DNA of 64,000 bases from an uncultured Verrucomicrobiae bacterium (GCA_963719495.1 CAVRCI010000014.1:166575-230574), one strand, 5' to 3'; shown: positions 1 to 14,224, counted from the first letter of the stretch. The notes: generated by a model from the sequence alone, not told the origin. Program-made: numbers and translations.

Positions 1-151
1 CGAGCTTGGCGATGGGTTCGGCGACCTGGTCGGCGGGACGCATTCCGTTGATGGCGACGTCGAAGCCGCTCTTGGCCAAGTGCTCGGCGCAGGCGAGGCC
101 GATTCCTCGGGAGCCTCCGGTGATTAACGCTACGGATTTATGATTTGCCAT
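1..151 (-). CDS. SDR family oxidoreductase (partial, runs off window start)
   Basis: Manual translation from ATG at 151: MANHKSVALITGGSRGIGLACAEHLAKSGFDVAING, containing the TGxxxGIG Rossmann motif. Confidence 0.85.
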   Translation of the reverse strand, partial: MANHKSVALITGGSRGIGLACAEHLAKSGFDVAINGMRPADQVAEPIAKL

Positions 152-254
152 TTATGATTTACGATTTGGTGGAGAGTGCGGCTTCGCCGGGTTGGGACGG
201 CTTCCGAGCTGGAAGCTCGAAAGTGCGAGCTGGAAGCTCGCGGTCCCCCGATTG

Positions 255-1403
<1,149 letters not shown>

Positions 1404-1443
1404 TGGAGTGAAATGTTGTTGGTTATTAGTTCTTGGTTATTGG

Positions 1444-1893
1444 TCATTCCGGCTTCGCCGTGCATTGGGGGGCGGCTCCGGCGGGGAGGGGTGGGGTGTC
1501 GCCGACTCCGGCGGGCGGGAGGGTGCCGTCGAGCTCCTGGCGCCAGTGGGCGACGTCGCCAGCGGGGCCGTAGCAGTAGATCATGCGAAGGGGCGTGTCG
1601 CCGACGTTGGTGAGCTGGTGGAAGACGCCGCTGGGGATGTAGACGGCTTGGCCGGTGCTTAGGGTTTGCTTTTCCTCGCCGAGACACATTTCGCCGGTGC
1701 CTTCGACGATGAAGTAAACTTCCTCCTGTTCCTGATTGTGCCACGGGACCTGGCCTCCGTTGGGGTCGAGGGTGACGTTGCCGAGGGCGAAGGCGGTGGC
1801 CTGGATCGGGGCGACGCCACCGACGAGGTTTTGGGTGGCGCGTTGGGCCGGGAAGCGGCGGCCGGTGATTTGGGAAAGGTCGGAAATGGTCAT
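1444..1893 (-). CDS. Cupin domain protein
   Basis: PWHNQEQEEVYFIVEG...GQAVYIPSGVFHQLTN cupin motifs. Confidence 0.85.
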   Translation of the reverse strand: MTISDLSQITGRRFPAQRATQNLVGGVAPIQATAFALGNVTLDPNGGQVPWHNQEQEEVYFIVEGTGEMCLGEEKQTLSTGQAVYIPSGVFHQLTNVGDTPLRMIYCYGPAGDVAHWRQELDGTLPPAGVGDTPPLPAGAAPQCTAKPE

Positions 1894-2037
1894 GGGTCGT
1901 GGGAGTTTTGTCCTAGGGGTTGGTCATTCTCTTTCTCTTAATCCTAATCGTTGTCTTACTCTGTTGTTCAGAAATGAGACCGTGAGTGGATTGGGGGGAT
2001 TGAGTAGGACTAGGATTAAGATTAAGAGAAAGAGGAG

Positions 2038-3420
2038 TTAATTGATGCCGGCGTAGTAGGTGTAGTAGGGGGCGTCGTTGGCTAAGCGGCCAAGGTAGAT
2101 TGCCAGCTCGCGGGCGTGGTAGTCGCCCCACATGCTGGATTCGCCGTTGGGGACTTTGCTGCCTTCGGGAATGTGATCCCAGCCGTTCGGTCGGTGATAG
2201 ATGCTGTGCAGGATGAGACCTTGGTGGCTGTCCTTTTCGCTTAGGTAGGGGGCGGAGAAGAGCGTGTTGGCGGCGGTGAGGCCGGCTTGGGTGTATTTGG
2301 CGGCCTTTTCCGCGTTGCCTTTGCCTTCGTGGTATTTGCCGAGGCGGAGGAGGCCCTGTGCGCCGATGGCGGCGGCGGAGCTGTCGACGGGTTCGTAGTC
2401 GTTGTCCGGCTCGGCGGGGCGGTCGAGGTAGTTGCCGAGCTTGTGGATGAGCGGGGCTCCGGTGTCCCAGTAGGGAATTCCGTCGGTCGGAGTGTTCTCG
2501 ATGTAGAAGTCACACGTGGCTTCGGCGGCTTTTAGCCAAAGCGATTCAATGGCTTCGCGTCCGCCGAATTCGTCGAGCGTGGCGTCGTCGAGGGTGGCGA
2601 GGAATTCGAGTTCTTCGGGGTAGCCGACCATGGCCCACGAGAGGCCGCGGGTCCAGGTGGTGAAGCCGGAGAAGCCTTGCTGGCTGTTTGGGCAGCGGAA
2701 GGCTCCGTCGTTGCGATTGAAAACGGCTTCGTGCGCGGTGCGGCCGCGGACGTCGTAGTGGTCGCGGCCTTCGCCATACCAGACGTTGAACTTCGCCGTT
2801 GCCGCCAGGTGTTGGATCGCGCGGTGCAGGAGGGAGATCGGCTTGTCGCCCTCGCCCATCAGGACGTGTCCGAGCTGGTGGCCCGCCATGAGGACACGGC
2901 AGGACCGGACCGTGTCGACGAAGAGCGAATGGGGTCCGTTGAACGAATAGATGTAACCTCCGTCGGGAATCGCCGACCAGCGGGCGGCCTGCACGGCGGC
3001 GGACGTCTTGATGGCTAATTTGTAAAACTCGGCTTCCCATTCGTTCGTTTCGATGCGGCCTTCGCGCATGAGGCGGAGGAGGTTGCCGTAGGTCGAGAGG
3101 TTGTTGAAACCGTGGTCGTGGACGCCGACGTGGCTGACGTGCGAGGCCATCCGGTCGACGGTGTTGCGGCGGGCAATTTCGAGGAATTGCTCGTCGCTGG
3201 TGGCGTCGAATTGCAGGACGGCCGACCCGTAGACGAAGCCCTCGGTCCATTCGGTCCAGCCGCGGGTCGAGTATTTCCCGGCGACGGTGTAGACGGGGGT
3301 GCCGTTGGATTTGTCGTAGTTGCGCTCGATGTCGAGGATTTTGCGACCGGAATGGTCCCAGAAATTGGCGAGCTTGGGGGCGAGCGACGCGGGGGTGAGG
3401 GTGGAGTTGTGGTGGATCAT
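2038..3420 (-). CDS. Glycoside hydrolase family 88 (unsaturated glucuronyl hydrolase-like)
   Basis: WTEGF, HDHGF, TWTRGLSWA, PYWD, DSSAAAI and WGDY motifs. Confidence 0.85.
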   Translation of the reverse strand: MIHHNSTLTPASLAPKLANFWDHSGRKILDIERNYDKSNGTPVYTVAGKYSTRGWTEWTEGFVYGSAVLQFDATSDEQFLEIARRNTVDRMASHVSHVGVHDHGFNNLSTYGNLLRLMREGRIETNEWEAEFYKLAIKTSAAVQAARWSAIPDGGYIYSFNGPHSLFVDTVRSCRVLMAGHQLGHVLMGEGDKPISLLHRAIQHLAATAKFNVWYGEGRDHYDVRGRTAHEAVFNRNDGAFRCPNSQQGFSGFTTWTRGLSWAMVGYPEELEFLATLDDATLDEFGGREAIESLWLKAAEATCDFYIENTPTDGIPYWDTGAPLIHKLGNYLDRPAEPDNDYEPVDSSAAAIGAQGLLRLGKYHEGKGNAEKAAKYTQAGLTAANTLFSAPYLSEKDSHQGLILHSIYHRPNGWDHIPEGSKVPNGESSMWGDYHARELAIYLGRLANDAPYYTYYAGIN

Positions 3421-3423
3421 TCG

Positions 3424-3541
3424 GGTCGGAAGGTCGGAAGGTCGGAAGGTCGGAAGGTCGGAAGGTCGGAAGGTCGGAAGGTCGGAAGGTCGGAAGGTCG
3501 GAAGGTCAGAAGGTCAGAAGGTCAGAAGGTCAGAAGGTCAG
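3424..3541. repeat. 8-bp tandem repeat (GGTCGGAA)10(GGTCAGAA)4 plus partial unit
   Basis: Read directly; ends 3 bp from the GH88 start codon. Confidence 0.95.
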
Positions 3542-3611
3542 GGCACCGGCGGCTGCATCGGCTTCCGGCAGTTGCCGGACCCGGAGGGCGGAGCGAGCGA
3601 GTCAACATGCC

Positions 3612-4175
3612 CTAATAGCGGTGGGGTTTGCGGAGATGGATGAGCAGGAACTCGGTGGCTTCGAGGGCCTCGTAGGTGTGCTCCTGGACGGCGTCGAATT
3701 GGAGCGCGTCCCCGGTCTCCAGCGTGTGCCGCTCGCGGGGGAGTTCGATTTTGAGACTGCCGCTGAGGACCCAGCAGATTTCGTGATCGTCGTGGTGGAC
3801 GTCGGGGCGGTGCAGCCGACTGCCGGCTTTCGCGCGGGCGTGGAAGCAGTGCGCGTTCGAGTAGTCGATGCGCTCGAAACTGAAATCCCCCGACTGGTAG
3901 GTGACGGCGCTGGTCTGGTGGGACGTGCGGGATTCCGCGAGGCCGAGGAGGTCGGAAGCGGTGAGCCCGAAGACGCGGGCCAGCCGGTGGAGGGTTTCGA
4001 GTTCCGCACTGGCGAGGTTGCGCTCGAGCTTGGAAATGACGGCTGTGGAAACGCGGGAGCGCTCGGAGACGTCGCCGATGGTGAGATCAGCCCGCTTGCG
4101 AAGGTCGCGGAGGACGGTGAAGTCGAATGGGGGGAGATGGTCTTCAGCTGGGGGCATTAAGTTCTTCGAAGACAT
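3612..4175 (-). CDS. XRE-family HTH plus cupin transcriptional regulator
   Basis: LRKRADLTIGDVSERSRVSTAVISKLER HTH; C-terminal cupin GDALQFDAVQEHTY. Confidence 0.85.
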   Translation of the reverse strand: MSSKNLMPPAEDHLPPFDFTVLRDLRKRADLTIGDVSERSRVSTAVISKLERNLASAELETLHRLARVFGLTASDLLGLAESRTSHQTSAVTYQSGDFSFERIDYSNAHCFHARAKAGSRLHRPDVHHDDHEICWVLSGSLKIELPRERHTLETGDALQFDAVQEHTYEALEATEFLLIHLRKPHRY

Positions 4176-4253
4176 ATAGGGCGTTGCTTTGTGCTGTCAA
4201 AGAAAATCAATTGGATTTGAATTCAGTTCGACCGTTCGCGCCGCTGCCGGTCT

Positions 4254-7462
<3,209 letters not shown>

Positions 7463-7466
<4 letters not shown>

Positions 7467-8113
7467 TGGGCCGACTGGGTTACGGTTATGTAGGCCTGCC
7501 GCTCGTGGGTCGGTGTTTTAGGGAAAGCGAGATTGAGCTTCCGTTCCCGAACCAGGCTGGTGAGGTATTGGTTGCGCAGGGTTTCGGGCTTCCGGTTTAC
7601 GAGTTCCGCAAGGCACCGCAAGGTGACAAATCGGCCCTCGCAGAGACTGAGAACGACTGAAATCAGAACTTCTCGGTCCACTTTGCCCTTGTCTCGCGGC
7701 TCTCGTGCGAGGGTTTCCAAAGTCGACCGAAACACCGGCGAAAGCAGGCTGAGATCGTCCACCATAGGCAGCCCCAGTTGCTCCGAGATCAGGCAGCCTT
7801 TTGAATCCCGGTTTTCGTTCAAATTCGAGGAGCTCCGGCTCAAATTCGAGGAGCTGCCCCCTGAATTCGGGGAGCTCGGAAGCGCAAATTGAGTGGGCGG
7901 ACCAAACACATCGTCTGGAGTCGGAATAGCCTCGCCTGGCAGGTGGTAAACAGCTCCGCGCCCACCTGTAGAATCCAGCATCCCTGCGTGGGTCAAGTGC
8001 TGGAGTGTTTTGGACAAATCGACCGGATGCTCGGTCGCATAGCCCAACTCCCCGAACCATTCGAGCGCGGTGTTTTCGACGATGGATTCGTTGAAGGTCA
8101 TAGTTCTAGCCAA
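7463..8113 (-). CDS. Chimeric ORF: HsdR N-terminal copy fused to wHTH C-terminal remnant (possible pseudogene)
   Basis: [21 protein letters not shown] matches the HsdR start; the rest has wHTH-like segments, a 7-aa S/N repeat and an [12 protein letters not shown] tail typical of AlbA/RecG-C/Fic-type C-termini. Confidence 0.6.
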
Positions 8114-8247
8114 TGTCGCGGCTTAACCGTTCTATGGCGTGAAATCTCCGAACCGCGACATCATGTCGCGATTCATGTCGCGATCCCGCTTTCGGCTGCC
8201 ATTCAGGCTGCCTATCGCGACATGCTGTCGTGATTCGTGTCGCGATC
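8113..8247. repeat. Palindromic direct repeats with 62-bp period
   Basis: 32-bp units at 8154-8185 and 8216-8247 (28/32 identical); truncated third copy ATGTCGCG at 8113-8120. Confidence 0.75.
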
Positions 8248-9721
8248 ATGGTTTGAGATATTCGGTTGCAGGGCCGCTGCCGACTCGGCGAACCAGTCCT
8301 AGTTCTACGAAATGTGTCAGATGGCGTTGGGCCGTCCGGGCAGTAACTCCAAGTTCCCTCGCGTATTCGCCCTGAGTGGTCCCGGTCCGCCCCGCCAAGA
8401 AAGTCCAACCCTTCTGTTTTGCACCAGACAATTGATCGAGAACGGAACGGTCCAAAGATTTTGTCGCACTGTCGGCACTCCGGTAAATCGTCAGCACGAG
8501 GGAATCGGCTTCCATCGAATAGTTTGGGAGTGGAAGTCCGAGTTCCTCTGCGTGTCGTTTCAGGCTGGTCAGACCAAATCCCTGTTCCTCAGCCATGCCC
8601 ATGCGGCCAAAAACATAATGCAGTAGGGGATTGCGGCTCTTGATTGGAGCTTCGAACGTCTTCATCTGCTCCAGAGTGATTGGCGGAATCGGCCCACCGG
8701 GACTCTTAATTGTGATCATGTCGTGATTCACGAGCACCTGGCACTTTTGTCCGGCCAGGTCGTAATCTCGGTGAATCAGGGCATTCACCACTGCTTCACG
8801 AATCATCTCGAACGGTAGATCTACTTGCTCGCGTCGTTCCATCCGGCTCCGGTCGAGCGTGCTTGGCAAAACCTTCTTCAACCACGTCTCAAGCTCATTG
8901 GGTATGAACACCAACGCTTGCCCGAACTCCATGCGAGAGGACTTGCCGCCCCCCAATTCTGCCCGGGCCAACAATCTCGCCTGAGGCATGGCAATGCTGG
9001 GGTCGTTGCCGAAGAGGGCCAACCCGAAACCCGAAGGAACAATCTCGTCTCCCACATCCACCAGGATTCCCTGCTGGAGCAAAAAGCGCTGGAAATCCGC
9101 CGACCCCGCTGCCACCGCGAACTTCGCCTTCGATTGGTAGCGTTTGAGCGCCTCTTCGGACAGGTCTCCAAATGTAACGGCTGGGATTGGATCTTCATAC
9201 TTCGACAGCTTGATGGGCTGTTCTTCCGGTTTTACCAATTGCTGTCTGGCCCATTCAAAGAAGTGCTTGTTCTCCTCAAGGATGATCTCCTGCAAATCTA
9301 GGTCGAACATGTGAACGGTCACTCCGTGACGACGCAAATGCTCAATGCCTTTTCCCTTTACCGCTGGGTTGTCATCCTCAATCCCCACCCAGACTTCTTT
9401 GATCCGGGCGCTGACGATTTGCCGGGCACACCCACGCTTCGGATGATTGCGGTTCAAGCAAGGTTCCAGGGTGCCGAAGAGAACGCTCCCATCCAGCTTC
9501 TCGCCGACACACTTCCGCTCCAGCAGGGTGAACTCGGCATGGTTGCCTTCGCGTAACTCGCCGCGGGCGGCTGTCTTGATGGAACCATCTGGCGTGACAA
9601 GCACGGCACCGACCAGCGGGTTTGGTTTTCCGTCGGTGCGCTTCTCAGCTACAGACGAACGCATCACCGCGATGGCCTTTTCCATCAGCTTGCGCGGGTC
9701 GAATTTCGTCTTCGTTGCCAT
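8246..9721 (-). CDS. Zn-dependent cytidine/RibD-like deaminase fused to HATPase_c_4 (RecG-C-like) and wHTH domains
   Basis: PNPLVGAVLV, HAE, TLEPC-x9-C; IREAVVNALIHRDY, SPGG, SRNP; C-terminal ELGVTARTAQRHL...GSGPATEY wHTH. Confidence 0.8.
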   Translation of the reverse strand: MATKTKFDPRKLMEKAIAVMRSSVAEKRTDGKPNPLVGAVLVTPDGSIKTAARGELREGNHAEFTLLERKCVGEKLDGSVLFGTLEPCLNRNHPKRGCARQIVSARIKEVWVGIEDDNPAVKGKGIEHLRRHGVTVHMFDLDLQEIILEENKHFFEWARQQLVKPEEQPIKLSKYEDPIPAVTFGDLSEEALKRYQSKAKFAVAAGSADFQRFLLQQGILVDVGDEIVPSGFGLALFGNDPSIAMPQARLLARAELGGGKSSRMEFGQALVFIPNELETWLKKVLPSTLDRSRMERREQVDLPFEMIREAVVNALIHRDYDLAGQKCQVLVNHDMITIKSPGGPIPPITLEQMKTFEAPIKSRNPLLHYVFGRMGMAEEQGFGLTSLKRHAEELGLPLPNYSMEADSLVLTIYRSADSATKSLDRSVLDQLSGAKQKGWTFLAGRTGTTQGEYARELGVTARTAQRHLTHFVELGLVRRVGSGPATEYLKP

Positions 9722-9813
9722 GGTGACTAGAGTTGGTGTTTGTGGGCGGAGGTGGTGGTGATCATCATCGTCGCGCTCGTCGTCTTGCTGCTCATGGTTC
9801 TGATGCTGCTACT

Positions 9814-9872
9814 TCCGCCACGCTCAGCCACTTCGGCAGCAGCGTGTCGCGCAGGATGGCGTGGGTGCGGGA
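9814..9872 (-). pseudogene. Duplicated hsdS 3'-end fragment
   Basis: Translates [21 protein letters not shown] versus HsdS C-terminus [25 protein letters not shown]. Confidence 0.8.
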
Positions 9873-9891
9873 CGGAATGGCCGGGCATCAA

Positions 9892-10086
9892 TCATGTGGC
9901 CTCGCGCAAGCGCCCCACCAGCACCACCTCGCCAAACGAATTGACTTCGTCTGTCTCCGCTGCGCTCCGGCTCCGCTCCGCCACCGGTTCACCGGGCGCG
10001 AGATGCGGCCCGTGCCCGACCGCATAGCCCAGCTCCCCGAACCATTCGAGGGCGGCGTCTTCGACGATGGATTCGTTGAGGCTCAT
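9892..10086 (-). pseudogene. Duplicated hsdR 5'-end fragment (64 aa)
   Basis: [34 protein letters not shown]...[10 protein letters not shown] is nearly identical to the HsdR N-terminus, then stops. Confidence 0.9.
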
Positions 10087-10095
10087 GGGTGGTAT

Positions 10096-11127
10096 CTATG
10101 CGATGTGCAACCACGCCGTCTGGTGCTTTTCGAGCGTCTGCTGGCGCTTCAACTGATATGAAGGAAGCGCGTTGATAAGTGAACCGAAGAGCGCGGGCCA
10201 GTTACCTGAAAGGATGGATGTCAGAACTGAGGTTCCCTTCGTCAAGGCCATGTCCCCTCCTTCAAGCTTCAGTATCTCCTGAAGATGGCGGAAATCATCA
10301 CGAATCTCTGCCGCGAATTCCTGTTCGATTTGCTCCACATCCGCAGGTGATTTTGCGTCCTTCTTGATTCGCTCAACATACCGGTCAACCGCTGATCGGT
10401 AGTTCCTGCGCAAGGGCGGAAGAAGTCCGTCTTCCTGTTCCCGCCGCCGCAACGCCACCAACTTACCAAGCGGAAATTTTCCCGCATCAACCGACTTCAA
10501 CGAAATCGACGCCAAACTGGTGTAGGCGCGTTGAACGTCGGGTTGGTAATCCTGAACCGCTCCGGTCTGCGTTGCCACAAGGCGACTGAACGCCTCGTGG
10601 GCGTCTTTATAGTTCGTCACCTTTCTGTGTGTTCCGCCGGCACAGATGTCCGCGATCATCCCCATCACAATAAGACCGAAGTCTCGTTGCAGGCCATAGT
10701 ATCCGTCGCTTCCATCGCTAACGACGCCTGCGCCATGAAGTAGATCCCAAATCTTCTGACTTAGCTTTTCAGGATACATGTTGTAGTTGTCCACCTGCAC
10801 CTTGAAACGAAGCGACTCCGGGACACCTCCAGCTATCAACTTCTCCAACTGCGCAAAGAGTTCGCCCTTCTCTGGGGCGGTCAACGATCTTGGCTTAACG
10901 ACCATTTCAAATGCTTCCCGAATGGCCCTTTCGTCTTCCCTTTGATTTTGACCAATCATCGGTGACGGCTGGAACTGCGGATCGGGAACGATAACCTCCA
11001 ATGAGTCCCACAACAGAACTGCGGTGGTAAGAAGTTTCAAGTCTGTTCGGTCGTAGTCTTGGCTTTGCCCAGCAAGGCGCGGAGCAACGATTGTGACGTT
11101 CGGATAATAGAGGGCTGCGGTGCTCAT
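10096..11127 (-). CDS. Hypothetical protein, possibly DUF6236-like; candidate defence cargo
   Basis: 343 aa with ALYYP...AVLLWDSLEVIVP start; overlaps the Abi gene stop (ATGA); lower GC than flanks by eye. Confidence 0.6.
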   Translation of the reverse strand: MSTAALYYPNVTIVAPRLAGQSQDYDRTDLKLLTTAVLLWDSLEVIVPDPQFQPSPMIGQNQREDERAIREAFEMVVKPRSLTAPEKGELFAQLEKLIAGGVPESLRFKVQVDNYNMYPEKLSQKIWDLLHGAGVVSDGSDGYYGLQRDFGLIVMGMIADICAGGTHRKVTNYKDAHEAFSRLVATQTGAVQDYQPDVQRAYTSLASISLKSVDAGKFPLGKLVALRRREQEDGLLPPLRRNYRSAVDRYVERIKKDAKSPADVEQIEQEFAAEIRDDFRHLQEILKLEGGDMALTKGTSVLTSILSGNWPALFGSLINALPSYQLKRQQTLEKHQTAWLHIA

Positions 11128-11924
11128 GTTTTGGTTTCCTTGTGGGTTTCAAAAAGAAAAACTGTCAGGGTCGCTGCGGCACCAACTGCCAGCTTCGCGT
11201 GCCGGGTGCTCAAGCCCGATGCGCTTCCGTGTTTGCCGTGGCCGGTGCCATAAAGCCCACGAAGTTCAGCGAGGCCGTTGCCGATAGTTCCTAGGTTGCT
11301 CAAGAGGCGCTTGATGACATCAGCACCGCGAGCGGCATCGGGAACCCCTTCCGGAACAAGCTTCAGTTCCTTGAGTGTCTCCTTCGTCAGCGTCGAAACG
11401 TCAGGAGTGCCTGACACGGGCTTGCCGCGCTCTGCAAGGATGGTTTTGCAGCAGGTCTCGATGAGTTCTTTCGCGGTTCCGATGGCAAGACTTGGGTCGG
11501 TCTCGACGGATGCCTCCATCCGCCGAATCTGTTCCGCGAGGTGGTTTACGTTGAGAACCTTTGCGTGTTCCTTGAGTGGGCCGAGGCTCGGGCCTCCAGC
11601 GAGAAGGCGCGTCGCAATCTGGCGGCACTTATCGGCGAGAGCTTTTGCTTCTGCATCTCGATCTGCGTTGAGTGACGCATCGTAGTCAATCAACGCGAGG
11701 ATGAGTTTGCCGACGGTATAGTCGGCTTCGAGTTTCCAGAGGGTGCGGAGTTTCTTTGCCTTCGACGTGCCTTCCGCCGTGAATTTCTCGTCGTGGATGT
11801 TGATGCCGACAGTTTCGAACACGAACTCTCCAAACGTGCGGTCGGAGAAGTTCAGAACGTAGCCGGACGACATCCCGAAAAACTTTTCGAGGTTGTGGCG
11901 CTCTGCCATCGAGAACGTGCTCAT
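11124..11924 (-). CDS. Abortive infection family protein (AbiJ-like N-terminus plus Abi_C)
   Basis: Start MSTFSMAER overlaps the hsdS stop; GMSSGYVLNFSDRTF; AIGTAKELIETCCKTIL and LAELRGLYGTGHG (HEPN-like Abi_C). Confidence 0.8.
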   Translation of the reverse strand: MSTFSMAERHNLEKFFGMSSGYVLNFSDRTFGEFVFETVGINIHDEKFTAEGTSKAKKLRTLWKLEADYTVGKLILALIDYDASLNADRDAEAKALADKCRQIATRLLAGGPSLGPLKEHAKVLNVNHLAEQIRRMEASVETDPSLAIGTAKELIETCCKTILAERGKPVSGTPDVSTLTKETLKELKLVPEGVPDAARGADVIKRLLSNLGTIGNGLAELRGLYGTGHGKHGSASGLSTRHAKLAVGAAATLTVFLFETHKETKT

Positions 11925-13387
11925 GCCGGAACCTCCTTTTCGACCTCTGCCACGCTCAACTCCCCGCTCAGCAGCTTCGGCAGCAGCGTGTCGCGCAGGG
12001 TGGCGAGGGTGCGGGATTGGTGGAGGTTTGCGGTGATTTGCGCGTAGAGCGGAGCGACTTTGGCGGTGAAGGCGGCCATGAGTTCCTTCGACGGCAGCAC
12101 GACGCGGATGGGGCGGAAGTTCTGTTTGCTGATTTCGGCGAAGGTCGTGCCAGTGGCGCGGCTTTCGATCTCGGCCATGTTCGTCTGGCACCAGTTCAGC
12201 ATGAAGAAGTTTGAGGCGCGTTCGTTGCACTTCAGCGCGATGAAGCCCTGATTGATGGCGACGGGCATGGCGGCGATGGCAAGGTAGCCGACGGGGGCGC
12301 GGGAGGAAAGCAGCAGCGTCCCAGCGGGAAGCAGGCCGGATGAAATCTTGGCGATGCCGGCGTCAGTGAGCTTGCGGTCGGTGTCGAGGAGGACGGGCGC
12401 TTGAAGCGACGAGAAGTCCTTCGGTGTCGTCCAGTGATGCGTGCCGCCTTCCCAATACTTCGGCTCGGCTGTGCTTGGGGTTCCGCCGCCGACGCATTCG
12501 ACGACTTCGCCGACGGGCTGGGTGGTCCAGCCTTTCGGGATGTGACCGGCCTCGGAGTCATGGAAGGAGTCGGAGAAGAGGGCGGCGGTGGCGGGGTCGA
12601 GGGCGGCGGGGGTGCGGTTGTCGAGTTTGGCGCGGACGGGGTCGAAATCCAAGCCGGAGGCACCCTCACCCTCCGCTGCGCTCCTCCCTCTCCCACTGGG
12701 AGAGGGCTGGGGTGAGGGTTGATTTCGATCCATGTTCTGCCGAACTGGATCGAAATCAATAAACCAGCTCTGGAAGAGCGCCCGCGCCATCGCCTCCAGC
12801 GTCGCGTTCATCCGCCGGTTCAACTCGATCTTGTCGTCCAGCGCCCCAAGCACCGCCGCGATGGCTTTTTGCTCGGTGAGGGGTGGGAGCGCGAACGGCA
12901 CCGCGCTCATAATCGACGTGTTCAGATTCGGCATCGTTGCGCCAACCGCGTGACGAACAATCCATTCCCTGATGGCGGGGTGACCGAGAAATAGTGAAGC
13001 AAACAGCGGGTCAACTACACCGCTCCCAAGTCGAACCTTTAAACAGCCAGTGCCGCAGAACCAACCTTCTTCGCGTCCCCTGATGAGCGCCCGTTTCTCA
13101 ACATCTCCACGTCGGCTGTAAATGATGTCGCCCGCCCTCAATCGGTGCTGGCCCAATCGATTGGCGTCCTCCTCGGTGATGCGGACGATTCCATCCTCGA
13201 CGATTCGGTTCTCGCCGATGTTCGTCGGCATGATGGATGGAACGCCGACCGGCACATAATCCGAAGCGTGAAGCTGGCTGCCGAACGGGCCAGTTTGAAT
13301 ATTGCCACCACCGCGTTGGCAAATTTCACCAAGCGTTGTGAACTCCCAATGGTCGGGAATTTCGCCGTTGATGAGGTCAACCGCCAT
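11921..13387 (-). CDS. hsdS: Type I R-M specificity subunit S
   Basis: Two TRDs; [23 protein letters not shown] and [14 protein letters not shown] conserved helices. Confidence 0.95.
   Translation of the reverse strand: MAVDLINGEIPDHWEFTTLGEICQRGGGNIQTGPFGSQLHASDYVPVGVPSIMPTNIGENRIVEDGIVRITEEDANRLGQHRLRAGDIIYSRRGDVEKRALIRGREEGWFCGTGCLKVRLGSGVVDPLFASLFLGHPAIREWIVRHAVGATMPNLNTSIMSAVPFALPPLTEQKAIAAVLGALDDKIELNRRMNATLEAMARALFQSWFIDFDPVRQNMDRNQPSPQPSPSGRGRSAAEGEGASGLDFDPVRAKLDNRTPAALDPATAALFSDSFHDSEAGHIPKGWTTQPVGEVVECVGGGTPSTAEPKYWEGGTHHWTTPKDFSSLQAPVLLDTDRKLTDAGIAKISSGLLPAGTLLLSSRAPVGYLAIAAMPVAINQGFIALKCNERASNFFMLNWCQTNMAEIESRATGTTFAEISKQNFRPIRVVLPSKELMAAFTAKVAPLYAQITANLHQSRTLATLRDTLLPKLLSGELSVAEVEKEVPA
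12662..12719. repeat. REP-like hairpin inserted in frame in hsdS
   Basis: Differs from the hsdR copy at 7098-7155 at only 3 positions; flanked by a duplicated DFDPVR peptide. Confidence 0.85.
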
Positions 13388-14224
13388 AACCCAGCCCCCT
13401 CAGGTTTGCTTTGATGGCCTGCTCCAGTTTTGCGGACTCGGCGAACTGGGCGTGCAGTTCGGCGACGAGGCGCGGCATCTTTTCCTCGAAGGGGTCGCCG
13501 TCGTCTTCGATTTCCTCGGCGCCGACGTAGCGGCCGGGCGTTAAAGCCCAGCCGTGACTTGCGATTTCGGCGGTGGTGGCGGATTTGCAAAAGCCGGGGA
13601 TGTCCTGATAGATCCACGCCGGATCGGGATCGACTAATGCACTAATTCCATTGCCTCGGTCCACTTCCCCCATCTCAATATCCGCCCGCCAACTGTGGTA
13701 GGTGCGAACGATTTTCTCGATATCGAGGTCGGTCAGTTCGCGATGGACGCGGTCAATCAGAGTTCCCATTTTCCGCGCATCAATGAAGAGCGTCTCTCGC
13801 TGGCGGGCGCGTAGTTTATCCGGCCCTTCCTCTCCGCGCTGCTTCGGCAAGGTGCGTGCGGCTTTGCTCTTGGTGAGGAACCACAGGCAGACCGGGATCT
13901 GCGTGCTGTAGAAGAGCTGGCCGGGGAGGGCGACCATGCAGTCCACGAGGTCGGCGTCGATGATGGCTTTGCGAATTTCCCCTTCGCCGGACTGGTTGGA
14001 GGACATGCTGCCATTGGCGAGGACGAAGCCGGCCATGCCCTGCGGCGCGAGGTGGTGGATGAAGTGCTGCACCCAGGCGAAGTTCGCGTTGCCCTTGGGC
14101 GGAACGCCGAACTGCCAGCGCACGTCGTCGTCCTTGCGGTGCCAGTCGGAGTCGTTGAAGGGCGGGTTGGCGAGGACATAGTCGGCGCGAAGATCCGGAT
14201 GGGTGCAGGACAAAATTCTTCAAA

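Noticed and set aside
3424..3541. CRISPR array or coding repeat (GRKVGRSE ORFs)
   Set aside because: No spacers; the ORFs crossing it are shadow frames
8113..8247. CRISPR array
   Set aside because: Only two full, imperfect repeats and no cas genes or leader in the window; kept as an unexplained repeat
8246..9721. ribD or recG annotation
   Set aside because: No reductase domain and no helicase motifs; only the deaminase and RecG-C-like domains are present
11925..12230. N-terminal 102 aa of the 368-aa ORF
   Set aside because: Overlaps hsdS in another frame; the real Abi start is the coupled ATG at 11924
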